DNA of 64,000 bases from Candidatus Peregrinibacteria bacterium (GTDB lineage Bacteria > Patescibacteriota > Gracilibacteria > UBA1369 > JACRIC01). A program made the translations under genes and the position numbers. How positions within the stretch are numbered: the first letter of the stretch is position 1; every line of letters begins with the position of its first letter. Of the stretch, positions 37,047-45,772 are shown piece after piece. Location: contig JACPHH010000009.1 of NCBI GenBank assembly GCA_016188705.1, positions 98,091 through 162,090 on the forward strand. Direction: 5' to 3'. A model generated the notes under the pieces. That model saw nothing but the letters and a program-made list of their open reading frames with translations. It had not been told where the DNA came from and searched no databases.

Positions 37047-37691
37047 ATGTATACTTTTGATGTAAGAAACGTTATCAATCAGGCGACAGGTTATAAGGAT
37101 ACACATACAGTCGATCTTCCGCTTGCCTTTCCCGAGGTCAGAAATTTTACCGAGGTCAAGGATTTTCCTCAGACCGAGGATTTTACTGAAATCAAGAATT
37201 TTTCCGAAACTAAAGATTTTTCTCAGACCGACGATTTTTCTAAGACAAAAGAAATTTTCGCGGTTTCGCCCATGCATCTGGAAGTCAGCTTTCGCAAACT
37301 TCCGGATGGCATTAACGCGGAGGTGGAAAAACTTCAGGTTTCACTGCAATTTCCTTGCAGCCGCTGTATAACACCCTATGTGCTTTCTCTCGATATCAAG
37401 CCTTTTGAGGCGTGTTTTTACATTAACGCGCCACAAGAAATACTTGATGAGGCTGGAATCTTTTTTATCGATAAAAAACGGCTTACAGTAGACCTTTCTG
37501 ATATGCTGCGCCAGGAAATCCTCTTGCATTTTCCTTTGGTTCCGTTATGCTCTAAGAGTTGCAAGGGTTTATGTGTCACGTGTGGTAAAAATCGAAATCA
37601 TACAAAGTGCCGTTGTACTCATAAATCTGTAACAAGTTCAGATTCTCAGCAACCATTTCAGAATATTAAAAATCTTATAAGTGGATATTAG
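37047..37691 (+). CDS. YceD/DUF177 family protein, with hexapeptide tandem-repeat insertion
   Basis: C-terminal CSKSCKGLCVTCGKNRNHTKCRC and DLSDMLRQEILLHFP are typical of DUF177. Conserved position immediately upstream of rpmF. Seven 18-bp repeats at 37134-37259. Confidence 0.85.
   Translation: MYTFDVRNVINQATGYKDTHTVDLPLAFPEVRNFTEVKDFPQTEDFTEIKNFSETKDFSQTDDFSKTKEIFAVSPMHLEVSFRKLPDGINAEVEKLQVSLQFPCSRCITPYVLSLDIKPFEACFYINAPQEILDEAGIFFIDKKRLTVDLSDMLRQEILLHFPLVPLCSKSCKGLCVTCGKNRNHTKCRCTHKSVTSSDSQQPFQNIKNLISGY
37134..37259 (+). repeat. 7 x 18-bp in-frame tandem repeat inside yceD-like gene
   Basis: Units: gaggtcagaaattttacc / gaggtcaaggattttcct / cagaccgaggattttact / gaaatcaagaatttttcc / gaaactaaagatttttct / cagaccgacgatttttct / aagacaaaagaaattttc. 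They encode (E/Q/K)(V/T/I)(R/K/E/D)(N/D/E)F(T/P/S). Confidence 0.9.
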
Positions 37692-37809
37692 GCATCGCAA
37701 CAGAAAGAATTTAGTCAAAAAAGATTTTAGAAACGTGTTCACAGACTCTTAGAAAGTTTAGGGCAGGATAGTAAAGACCTTATAAAAATTATATTTAAAT
37801 TGTTATTTT

Positions 37810-38049
37810 ATGGCAAAGCATCCAGTTCCAAAGAAAAAAGCTCCCAAAAGTCAGACCTCAGGACGTTTTCACACTTATGTCACCAATGTTCAGAAAAAAC
37901 TCAAAGACAGAATTCACCTTGTTCCCTGCCCGAATTGCAAACAAAAACACCTTGTTCATCATGTATGTCCTAATTGCGGAAAGTATCGTGGCAGGCAAGT
38001 TCTTAACATGGGAAAGGAAATTGATAAAATAACGAAGATAAAGGCATAG
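37810..38049 (+). CDS. rpmF: 50S ribosomal protein L32
   Basis: MAKHPVPKKK.....R, then CPNC...HLVHHVCPNCGKYRGRQV (zinc ribbon). Located after the yceD-like gene. Confidence 0.92.
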   Translation: MAKHPVPKKKAPKSQTSGRFHTYVTNVQKKLKDRIHLVPCPNCKQKHLVHHVCPNCGKYRGRQVLNMGKEIDKITKIKA

Positions 38050-38117
38050 ACGGGGTCAAGTCTCTTTTTTAACGAGCGGGAATTTTTTGTGAAACTTTTA
38101 CTCGTGGTCAAACTCTC

Positions 38118-38528
38118 ATGGCAAGCAACAGACATCTTTCTCGAATTCTTGTGATGCAGACCCTCTTTGCCAACGAATTTCGGAATGGAAAATCCACGGA
38201 CATTTTGGAATATCTCATTAAGGACAGAAGTTCGGAAATTGTCGAACCTGATTTTTCGATGAATCTTTTAAAAGGTGTTTTTAAAAATGAAAAAAAAATT
38301 CGCGCCTGCATTGAAAGCCACGCGCCGGATTGGCCTTTTGAAAAGATCGCTCCGGTTGATCGCGCTTGTCTTGAAATTGGCGTTTATGAGCTTGTCATCG
38401 AAAAAAAAGTGCCGCCACTGGTTGCTTTGAACGAAGCCATTGAGATTGCCAAACAGTACGGAGGAGAAAATTCCGCTAAATTTGTCAATGGCGTGCTTAG
38501 TTCCCTTTATAAAGAAAAAACACAATGA
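38118..38528 (+). CDS. nusB: Transcription antitermination factor NusB
   Basis: [44 protein letters not shown]. Confidence 0.9.
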   Translation: MASNRHLSRILVMQTLFANEFRNGKSTDILEYLIKDRSSEIVEPDFSMNLLKGVFKNEKKIRACIESHAPDWPFEKIAPVDRACLEIGVYELVIEKKVPPLVALNEAIEIAKQYGGENSAKFVNGVLSSLYKEKTQ

Positions 38529-38538
38529 ATCATATTTT

Positions 38539-39267
38539 ATGAAAAATTCCACCACCCCTCCAGTGAATCGAACTTCCATTGACCGCTTTTCACCGCTTGA
38601 AAAAAAGCTTGGTGTTATTTTCAAAAATAGAAATATTCTGACAATGGCTTTTATTCATAAATCCTATATGAATGAGGTAAAAAATAAAAGTCTTGAAAAT
38701 AATGAACGCCTCGAATTTCTTGGCGACGCGGTGCTCGAACTCGTAGTCACGGAATATCTCTATTTGAACTACGATAGCCCGGAAGGAGTTTTGACTAATT
38801 GGCGATCCGCTCTGGTAAAAGGGAAAAATCTCGCTGAAATCGCGTCGAAACTGAACTTAGGAGCCTACCTTTCATTGAGCAAAGGAGAACGCGAATCAGG
38901 CGGCGAGCATAAAAGTTATATTTTGGCGAATACATTTGAAGCGCTTATTGGAGCTTTATATCTCGATCAGGGTTTAGATGTCGCGCGGCATTTTATCAAT
39001 CACTTCGTTATAAAATATCTTGATGAAATTATTGAAAAAGGTCTTTATATTGATTCAAAGTCGCGTTTTCAGGAAATTTCGCAGGAAACATTCGGTATCA
39101 CGCCGGAATACCGTTTACTTTCCGAAGAAGGGCCGGATCATGACAAACATTTTACCATGGGGGCTTTCCTTGGTGAAAAAATGATGGGAGAAGGAAAAGG
39201 AACTAGCAAACAAAATGCCGAACAAGTCGCTGCCGAAAACGTTCTCAAACAACATGGCTGGAAATAA
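38539..39267 (+). CDS. rnc: Ribonuclease III
   Basis: FIHKSY, NERLEFLGDAVLELVV (signature), ANTFEALIGALYLD, and C-terminal dsRBD (GPDHDK.F....GEGKGTSKQNAEQ.AA). ATG 38539 inside track ORF 38440..39267. Confidence 0.93.
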   Translation: MKNSTTPPVNRTSIDRFSPLEKKLGVIFKNRNILTMAFIHKSYMNEVKNKSLENNERLEFLGDAVLELVVTEYLYLNYDSPEGVLTNWRSALVKGKNLAEIASKLNLGAYLSLSKGERESGGEHKSYILANTFEALIGALYLDQGLDVARHFINHFVIKYLDEIIEKGLYIDSKSRFQEISQETFGITPEYRLLSEEGPDHDKHFTMGAFLGEKMMGEGKGTSKQNAEQVAAENVLKQHGWK

Positions 39268-39319
39268 TAAAATTGTATACGCCCGCCGCTTTTCTTGAAA
39301 CAATGGGGCGGGAATTCAT

Positions 39320-39358
39320 TAGTCAGTGTTCACATAAAATTTTTGCGAACACTGACTA
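39320..39358. repeat. Family-3 minimal element: TIR-only hairpin between convergent genes
   Basis: tagtcagtgttc-acataaaatttttgc-gaacactgacta forms a perfect 12-bp stem. The left part is 24/25 identical to the TIR at 26907. TA-flanked. May also act as a bidirectional terminator. Confidence 0.75.
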
Positions 39359-39537
39359 GGGGATACTCTTAAAAACTCGGTTATTGCAATTTAAAAGAGG
39401 CATATTCGTGATGGAATTATGCCTCCTTTATGACTGTGACTTTTCTGTAAAATTCTACTTCTTTTCTGTCATCCTATTTTTTTCTGCGAATTGCGAATGA
39501 AGATGCTTTTTCACTTCATGCTTCGCGAAAAAATAAT

Positions 39538-42270
39538 TCATCGAACGCCTTGCGTCAGCTCCTCGGTGCTCAAATTATTGAGGTTTTCTTCTTCAGTAAC
39601 TTCGAGCACTTTTTGAATCACTTTTGCAACCTCGGCACGGTTGAGTCCTTCGTAGGGACGGAATGTTTCGCCATTGGAATCGCCGCTCATGATTCCGTTT
39701 TCTTTTACCGTTGCTATGTATGAAGCACATGAGTCGGAACTTGGCAGGTCGGTAAATTCACCTCCGTAGGTGGCTTGTTCAAGATTGAGCGCTTCGACAA
39801 TGCTCTGCGCAACCATGCACCTTGAAGCCTGTTCGTCAGGCGTTGTTTTCGCGATGGAAAAGCCTTCATTTTCAGCGGTTTTGTAAAATCCTTTTGCCCA
39901 ATGGCTTTTCGCGAGCTTGTTTCCCGTCTCTCCCTCTGACTCATCTCGTCCGGTACTTTTCAAAAGTATTTTCGTAAATTCAGCATTCGTCACGGCATTT
40001 CCCGGACCGTATTCCGCCGGACTATAGCCTTTCACTATGCCAAGATTTTTCATTTCCGAAACGAAACCCGTGAACCATTGATCATCGTCGACATCTTTAA
40101 ATGGAATAATGCCATCTTTAAATTTCGCTTCAATGGACACTTTTTTCGCTTCTTCAAACTTCTGTTTTAGAGTTTCCGCTTCGTTTTCCGACAGATTTTC
40201 AATATTGATGTTTTTCAATTCTGCCTGAAATTTATCCGCTCCGTAGAGGTTATATTGAACTATTTCCGAAAGTTGAGCCTGAAGCTTCTTGTTTTGAATT
40301 TTTAGATCTTTCATTTCCTGCTTCATTTGCATGACGATTTCCGCGAGTTGATCCTTTTCATTCAGTAATTTTTTGAAATTTTCCTCATCCGCAAAGCCTC
40401 CCATTTCCAAAGTTCTTCCGAGGTTAATATCCATTTGCTCATCATATTTACTCAAAGATTCCAATATGTCGCTTTGGATTCCTTTAACAATTTTTTCAAC
40501 GGCTTCGGAAGACATATCATCACCCATTTCATCAAAAAGGTGATCTTTGGCGTCTTTATCTTCAAAATCCATATCATTCATCATTTCACGAGGATCGCGC
40601 CTCATGTCGTCTTTGAAAAAGTTTTCAATGAGTGTTTTTTCTTCGCCGCTTACGCTTGTCTTATATTTCCTGAAATAGAGTTCCGCAAGATAGTTTATTT
40701 TCGGCTCTACTTTGCGTCCAAGCGGATCCATCACTTTTTCAAAAAATTTCCAAATAATTTCCGGCTTGTTTTCCTTCGCCGCCAATTCTTGCGTTTTTTT
40801 CGCGCCTTTCTCGACTTTTGCAATCAAATTAAGAAGATCGCTGATTACCGATTGGGCTTTTTCTTCTTTCATAATGCCCTGCAAAACCGTCAAAACCTCT
40901 TTTGCCTGGGCGATTTCCTGCATGACATTTTCGAGTTCATTCGTCGCCATGCCGCCTTCACGGACAGAATTGATCTGCTGCCAGATTTTTTCCATATTTT
41001 TCCACGGCTCGGAATCCCAAAATTCACGATCCGCGTCCCATATATTCGTAAATTCTTCACGGGCATCATCCATAATGTCACGCATTTCTTGTCTCATGTC
41101 TTCGCTCTCATCTTGAGAAAGATCGACTTCCTGAATCAATTTCATGGCAAGAGTTACCGCCTCGTCCATTTGTTTTATGATTGCTTCTATTTTTCCAAAC
41201 TGCTCATCAAAATGCGCGATTATCTCATCTTGAGGGCTCCAATCGACTTTATCGGCGACGCCCTGTTTTTCCGCTTCGTAACGTTGTTTTACGAAATCCT
41301 TGATAAAATCGTAATAGCCGTCATTCATGTAACGATCATTGCTTCGGTCAAGCGCTTCATTCAGCACCCAAAACGCATCGCCTTTATTATTGTAATTCCA
41401 GAAATATTGACCTTCTCGCTCTCCGGATTTTACGGCATTTAATCTCGATTCAAGTTCTTTTTTAAAATTTTGCACGAGTTTTTCATATTCTCCCGCCTTC
41501 TCAATCTTTGCCTTGATTTGTGTCGCAGCTGTTTGCAGCTCATCGAGATGGGTTTGCACGAATTTTGAAAAATCGTCGCCCGCGCTTATTTCCTTACCTT
41601 TTAGCTCGGCTTTCTCTAGGTATTCGATCATTTTCTCAACCCTCTTTAGGCTTTTTGTCGCATTTTTTACTGTGTGACTGAATTCAAATTTGTAGTTTTT
41701 TATCGTTCGAGTCATATCCCTTATTTCCCGATCGCCACTTTTTCCACACGGCCCATCATGCTGAACTTCCACGTTTCCGCTTTGAGCAGCTTCTTCATTT
41801 GAATAGGTTTTTCCATCCGTGCCGCAAACTTCCTCTGAACCATTATTGAGTTCCATTCCTTGCGGCTTAAAATCATCTTCTTCTGGAATAAAATTATTCG
41901 TATTTTCTTGATCATTGCCGGGTTCCTTCCATTCATCTTCCGATGTATTTCCTGTATTTTCTTCTGTTTGCGTAAAATCTTCTTCCGTAAACCCATTTTG
42001 GTCATCCTCATTGTTTATTCCATCAGACTCTTCACTTTGAAAATCTCCTTCTTCTGGAGGATTTTGCACATCGGTTCCTGTTGATCCCTCGGTATTTGTC
42101 GGTTCTTTCGGTATTTCACTTTGACTTATCAGATTTGTATAGCCCAATTTTCCAAGTACGGGTCCTGCGATAAGCATCACGAGGAGGAAAGCTCCGGCCC
42201 CCATAATGGAATACTTTTTCTGAAGGTAGTCAGAAAAATTCTCACTGTACTTTTTGTCTTTGTTTTCCAT
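39538..42270 (-). CDS. Large cell-envelope protein: N-terminal TM, acidic region, Kazal-like motif, long coiled coil, C-terminal SLH domains
   Basis: TM segment GAGAFLLVMLIAGPVLG. VCGTDGKTYSNEEAAQSGNVEVQHDGPCG is Kazal-like. About 500 aa are heptad-rich (Glu/Lys). SLH repeats FKDVDDDQWFTGFV...GIVKGY and FTDLP...YIATVKENGIMSGDSNGETFRPYEGLNRAEVAKV. Confidence 0.8.
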   Translation of the reverse strand: MENKDKKYSENFSDYLQKKYSIMGAGAFLLVMLIAGPVLGKLGYTNLISQSEIPKEPTNTEGSTGTDVQNPPEEGDFQSEESDGINNEDDQNGFTEEDFTQTEENTGNTSEDEWKEPGNDQENTNNFIPEEDDFKPQGMELNNGSEEVCGTDGKTYSNEEAAQSGNVEVQHDGPCGKSGDREIRDMTRTIKNYKFEFSHTVKNATKSLKRVEKMIEYLEKAELKGKEISAGDDFSKFVQTHLDELQTAATQIKAKIEKAGEYEKLVQNFKKELESRLNAVKSGEREGQYFWNYNNKGDAFWVLNEALDRSNDRYMNDGYYDFIKDFVKQRYEAEKQGVADKVDWSPQDEIIAHFDEQFGKIEAIIKQMDEAVTLAMKLIQEVDLSQDESEDMRQEMRDIMDDAREEFTNIWDADREFWDSEPWKNMEKIWQQINSVREGGMATNELENVMQEIAQAKEVLTVLQGIMKEEKAQSVISDLLNLIAKVEKGAKKTQELAAKENKPEIIWKFFEKVMDPLGRKVEPKINYLAELYFRKYKTSVSGEEKTLIENFFKDDMRRDPREMMNDMDFEDKDAKDHLFDEMGDDMSSEAVEKIVKGIQSDILESLSKYDEQMDINLGRTLEMGGFADEENFKKLLNEKDQLAEIVMQMKQEMKDLKIQNKKLQAQLSEIVQYNLYGADKFQAELKNINIENLSENEAETLKQKFEEAKKVSIEAKFKDGIIPFKDVDDDQWFTGFVSEMKNLGIVKGYSPAEYGPGNAVTNAEFTKILLKSTGRDESEGETGNKLAKSHWAKGFYKTAENEGFSIAKTTPDEQASRCMVAQSIVEALNLEQATYGGEFTDLPSSDSCASYIATVKENGIMSGDSNGETFRPYEGLNRAEVAKVIQKVLEVTEEENLNNLSTEELTQGVR

Positions 42271-42456
42271 GTTTTTTTTATTTAATGAATTAAAAAAAAT
42301 TGTATAGGCTTATCATGGACTTATCATTATGTTTTCACTGCATTTTTGTTATCATGAAGCGCATTTTATTGTTTTCGCATTCGTATAATTGTAACATTTT
42401 ATTTTATATTTGTCAAGAATGAAATTTCGTCAGTTTTTCAATTCTTTTGTATTATT

Positions 42457-42536
42457 GGATTATACGCACATTACTTTGAAAAAAAGCACATATCGCTGGC
42501 AGGCAAGAGTTCGTCGCTCGGATACTCGGCCGGATC
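42457..42536 (+). repeat. Family-2 interspersed repeat, copy a
   Basis: ggattatacgcacattactttgaaaaaaagcacatatcgctggcaggcaagagttcgtcgctcggatactcggccggatc shares long blocks with 53743..53873 and 58657..58708. Confidence 0.8.
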
Positions 42537-42913
42537 AAAAAGGGCGAAAATTCACTAAAAATGCTATCGGCTACGCATTTTTTAACGTTCATTTTCGCCT
42601 CTTTTTGAAAACCGGCCTGCGTAACTCGCTCCGAACTCCCGCCTCCCAGCATATGTTTTTAAAGTAATCCGCGTATGATCCGTATTATTTTCACATGATT
42701 ACAAGGCGCATTTTGATCAATGGAATTTCCGTTGTCGCGAGTATGAATATTTATGGAACTTTAAAAAAAACGAATTTCGGAAACGAAAATGCAAAAATTC
42801 GAGCAAAAATTCTGAATAATGACAAAGGCGTATCAGATGAAAATACGATTGATGAACGCGAAAATATAACCTCGAATGCGCATTTGAAAGAACGTTTTTT
42901 CGAGGTCTCAAAA

Positions 42914-43636
42914 ATGCGCGGCACTCAAAGCGTGCCCGTAGTCATTCTCCATGGCTGGGGCAGCAATCGCGCAAGTTGGCTTCCTGTCATGAAAATTCTT
43001 GATTCGCAAGGATTTGAGGTTATAGCTCCCGATCTGCCGGGTTTTGGAGAGAGCGATTTTCCGAAAAAGCCATGGAATGTTCAAAATTACGTCGACTGCG
43101 TCACAGCTCTCCTTGAAACATTGAATTTAAAAAAGGTTATTCTTTTAGGACATTCATTCGGCGGCCGCATTTGCATAAAATTCTCTCATCAATATCCAGA
43201 AAAAGTTCAAAAACTCATTCTCGTCGCGTCAGCCGGCATCAAGCACCCTCCAACACCGAAAATGAAAATACTCTCTTTGGTTGCTCGCTTCGGGAAAAAA
43301 ATTGTCGCCATTCCTGTTTTTGGACTTTTTGCATCGACCGCGAGACGCGCTCTTTACCGTCTGGCAGGTTCGCGCGACTATCTTGTTTCAGGTCCAAATC
43401 GCGAAACCTTTCTGAAAGTCATTGAGGAAGACCTTCGTCCCCATCTTCCGAAAATCTTGGCGCAGACCCTTCTCATCTGGGGTGATAAAGACTTAGTGAC
43501 TCCTTTGGAGGATGCCAAAATTATGAAGTCGGCCATCCCCGATTCCGAACTTGTTATTTTTCCAGGTATTCATCACAGCATTCAGCGTGAAGCCCCTGTA
43601 AAACTTGCGGAAACGGTAATATCTTTTCTTAAATAA
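42914..43636 (+). CDS. Alpha/beta-fold hydrolase
   Basis: VVILHGWGS, DLPGFGESD, nucleophile elbow GHSFGG, WGDKD, and C-terminal GIHHS (His). Probable start is ATG 42914. The upstream part of track ORF 42695..43636 contains repeat-derived sequence (TNFGNEN). Confidence 0.8.
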   Translation: MRGTQSVPVVILHGWGSNRASWLPVMKILDSQGFEVIAPDLPGFGESDFPKKPWNVQNYVDCVTALLETLNLKKVILLGHSFGGRICIKFSHQYPEKVQKLILVASAGIKHPPTPKMKILSLVARFGKKIVAIPVFGLFASTARRALYRLAGSRDYLVSGPNRETFLKVIEEDLRPHLPKILAQTLLIWGDKDLVTPLEDAKIMKSAIPDSELVIFPGIHHSIQREAPVKLAETVISFLK

Positions 43637-43638
43637 GC

Positions 43639-45690
43639 ATGATAGATTTTTTATTTTTTTCCATTTTTTTTCTTTGGGTCATTAATATTGCCGCGCAGAT
43701 TTTGAAACTGACCTATATCATCCAGCTTAAAGAATATCGGTGGGATCGTATTTTGGATTTTCTGAAATCGCCTGAAGGCCGCAGATCTATTTTTACTCCT
43801 TTTTTCTTTGTGTATCTTTTGATCATTCTTCTTGTTTTTTTCATTATTGTATTTTCATGGACTTCTTTGATTTCTCCATTTGTTTTTCTTACGAATGTTT
43901 TCCTTTTTTACTCTGCTGGATTTTTTATTATTCTCAAAAAACTTCGCGATCATTCTCTTCTTCGGCCGCGTTGGACAAAAAAATCTTTTCTTTTCGTTTC
44001 GCTTTCATTTTTAATGATGCTTTTCGTTCCTCTTATTTTCATTCTTGTCTTTATTTTTGCTCAAATGAATTCAGACTTTTTTATTTATAGTTTTTACTTT
44101 ATTAGTCGTCTGCTTTTTCTTGATACGTTTCTTATGATTCGTAATCTTTTCGATCTTTTGTATCGCGGGTGGATTCTCTCTCTCATGAGTCCTTTTTTGT
44201 TCATTTATAATCTTTTTGTACCATTTTTTGTTCTTTTTTGGTTTCTCATACTCCAAGCTGGGACGATTTTTATAAAAAAATATATGTACTGGCGAGCCGC
44301 GAAAAAAATTACATCAATGAGTCATTTAACCGTCATAGGCATTACGGGAAGCTACGGAAAAAGCACTACCAAGGAATTTTTGACGACCATTCTTTCAAAA
44401 AAATTTCAGGTTCTTGCCACTCCAGCAAACGTGAATAGTGAAATCGGTGTTGCTCAAATTATTTTAAAAAAACTTACTCCGACTCATGATATTTTCATCG
44501 TTGAAATGGGAGCGTATAAAAAAGGCGAAATCGCGCTTATTTCCAAAATGACACAACCGAAAATCGGCATTATGACGGCAATCAATGAGCAGCATATTTC
44601 TCTTTTCGGATCCATTGAAAACATAAAACAGGCGAAATATGAGCTCATGGAATCGCTGCCTGATGACGGTTTGGCTCTTTTCAACGGGGATAATGATTAT
44701 TGCGTCGAACTTTATAAAAAAACGAAAAAACCGAAACTTCTGTATTCAGTACAAAAAACTGACGATGAAAGGGTCGATAAAGATTTTTCTCATGGGAAAA
44801 ATGTTGATAGCGCGAAAAAACAATCTTCCGATATCTCTGCCACGAATGTCAAAGGCACGCAAGATGGAATTCGATGCACTCTTCATAAAAAACCGCTAAA
44901 AAATCTGGTTTCTTTACAAAATTGTAGTAGTAAGGGAACCTCTGAAAAACACCATTTTGGAAATGAAAATGAACAACAGGATTTCTTTGTTCCTGTGCCT
45001 GGAATCCATAATGTTTCGAATCTTCTGGCGGCGGCGGCTACGGCTTCGTATTTTGGAATGAGTCTCGCGGAAATTTCCGAAGCCGCCAAGCATATTCAGC
45101 CTCGAGAAAAAACTTTAAAACTCATGGCTGGCATCCGAAACACGCTCATTATTGATGACAGTTACAGCGCCAATCCTGATGGCGTCATGGCGGCGTTGGA
45201 ATATCTTGATTCGCTTGCGGCTCCGAAAAAAATCATGATCATGAGAGGGATGATCGAGCTTGGAGAAAAATCAGCTGAAGCTCATAAACGTGTTGGGAAA
45301 AAAGCCGCGGAAGTATGCGATCTTGTTATTTTTACGACTACGGATTTTTTCTCGGATTTTTTGGCTGGCGCCATGGAGATCATCAATCGCTCTGAAATAA
45401 GTTACTCTCATGTTAGTCACCCAGCAGTCAGTCATTCCAAAATCAGTCACCCTGAAAATCCTTATTCTGAAAACGGTAAGGGAACTTCTGAAAAACGCAA
45501 TTTCGGAAACGAAAATGTTGGATTTTTCAATGATGCCGCATTTTTCAATCATAATGAGAAAGTATTGCAAATCAGCTCAGCGGAGGAGATTATGGAAAAA
45601 GTGAATCCGTATGTTTCCGATGGAAATATTTTTCTTCTTGAAAATCGTATTCCATCTCAAATCATTCTCGCGCTCAAAATGTTACACTAG
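43639..45690 (+). CDS. murF: MurF-like Mur ligase with about 225-aa polytopic membrane N-terminus and two repeat-derived insertions
   Basis: GITGSYGKSTTKE (P-loop), ANVNSEIGVAQIIL, VEMGA, NGDNDY, PGIHNVSNLLAA, IIDDSYSANPD. The N-terminal 225 aa is almost entirely hydrophobic. Insertions fall at about 44900-44993 and about 45400-45565. Confidence 0.85.
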   Translation: MIDFLFFSIFFLWVINIAAQILKLTYIIQLKEYRWDRILDFLKSPEGRRSIFTPFFFVYLLIILLVFFIIVFSWTSLISPFVFLTNVFLFYSAGFFIILKKLRDHSLLRPRWTKKSFLFVSLSFLMMLFVPLIFILVFIFAQMNSDFFIYSFYFISRLLFLDTFLMIRNLFDLLYRGWILSLMSPFLFIYNLFVPFFVLFWFLILQAGTIFIKKYMYWRAAKKITSMSHLTVIGITGSYGKSTTKEFLTTILSKKFQVLATPANVNSEIGVAQIILKKLTPTHDIFIVEMGAYKKGEIALISKMTQPKIGIMTAINEQHISLFGSIENIKQAKYELMESLPDDGLALFNGDNDYCVELYKKTKKPKLLYSVQKTDDERVDKDFSHGKNVDSAKKQSSDISATNVKGTQDGIRCTLHKKPLKNLVSLQNCSSKGTSEKHHFGNENEQQDFFVPVPGIHNVSNLLAAAATASYFGMSLAEISEAAKHIQPREKTLKLMAGIRNTLIIDDSYSANPDGVMAALEYLDSLAAPKKIMIMRGMIELGEKSAEAHKRVGKKAAEVCDLVIFTTTDFFSDFLAGAMEIINRSEISYSHVSHPAVSHSKISHPENPYSENGKGTSEKRNFGNENVGFFNDAAFFNHNEKVLQISSAEEIMEKVNPYVSDGNIFLLENRIPSQIILALKMLH

Positions 45691-45703
45691 ACAGTGTTAA
45701 ACC

Positions 45704-45758
45704 TTTTCGCTTAAAATTTGCAGATTTCGTGACGAAGTTACGTTTTTCAGATAAGTTC
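45704..45758. repeat. Family-1 element, right-half fragment
   Basis: ttttcgcttaaaatttgcagatttcgtgacgaagttacgtttttcagataagttc, located just after the murF stop. Confidence 0.75.
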
Positions 45759-45772
45759 TTAATTGACCGGAT

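Noticed and set aside
40435-41442. A 335-aa plus-strand ORF, and other long antisense ORFs such as 1691..2401, 20853..21347, 28256..28945, 54371..55102 and 32979..33584.
   Set aside because: All are antisense to genes with strong homology-type motifs. They have Phe/Ile/Arg-rich composition typical of the antisense frames of AT-rich coding sequence and lack recognisable motifs.
42490-42515. A sigma-54 promoter inside the family-2 repeat (ctggcagg...gagc).
   Set aside because: The GG to GC spacing is one nucleotide short of the canonical TGGCAC-N5-TTGC, and the -12 TTGC is absent.
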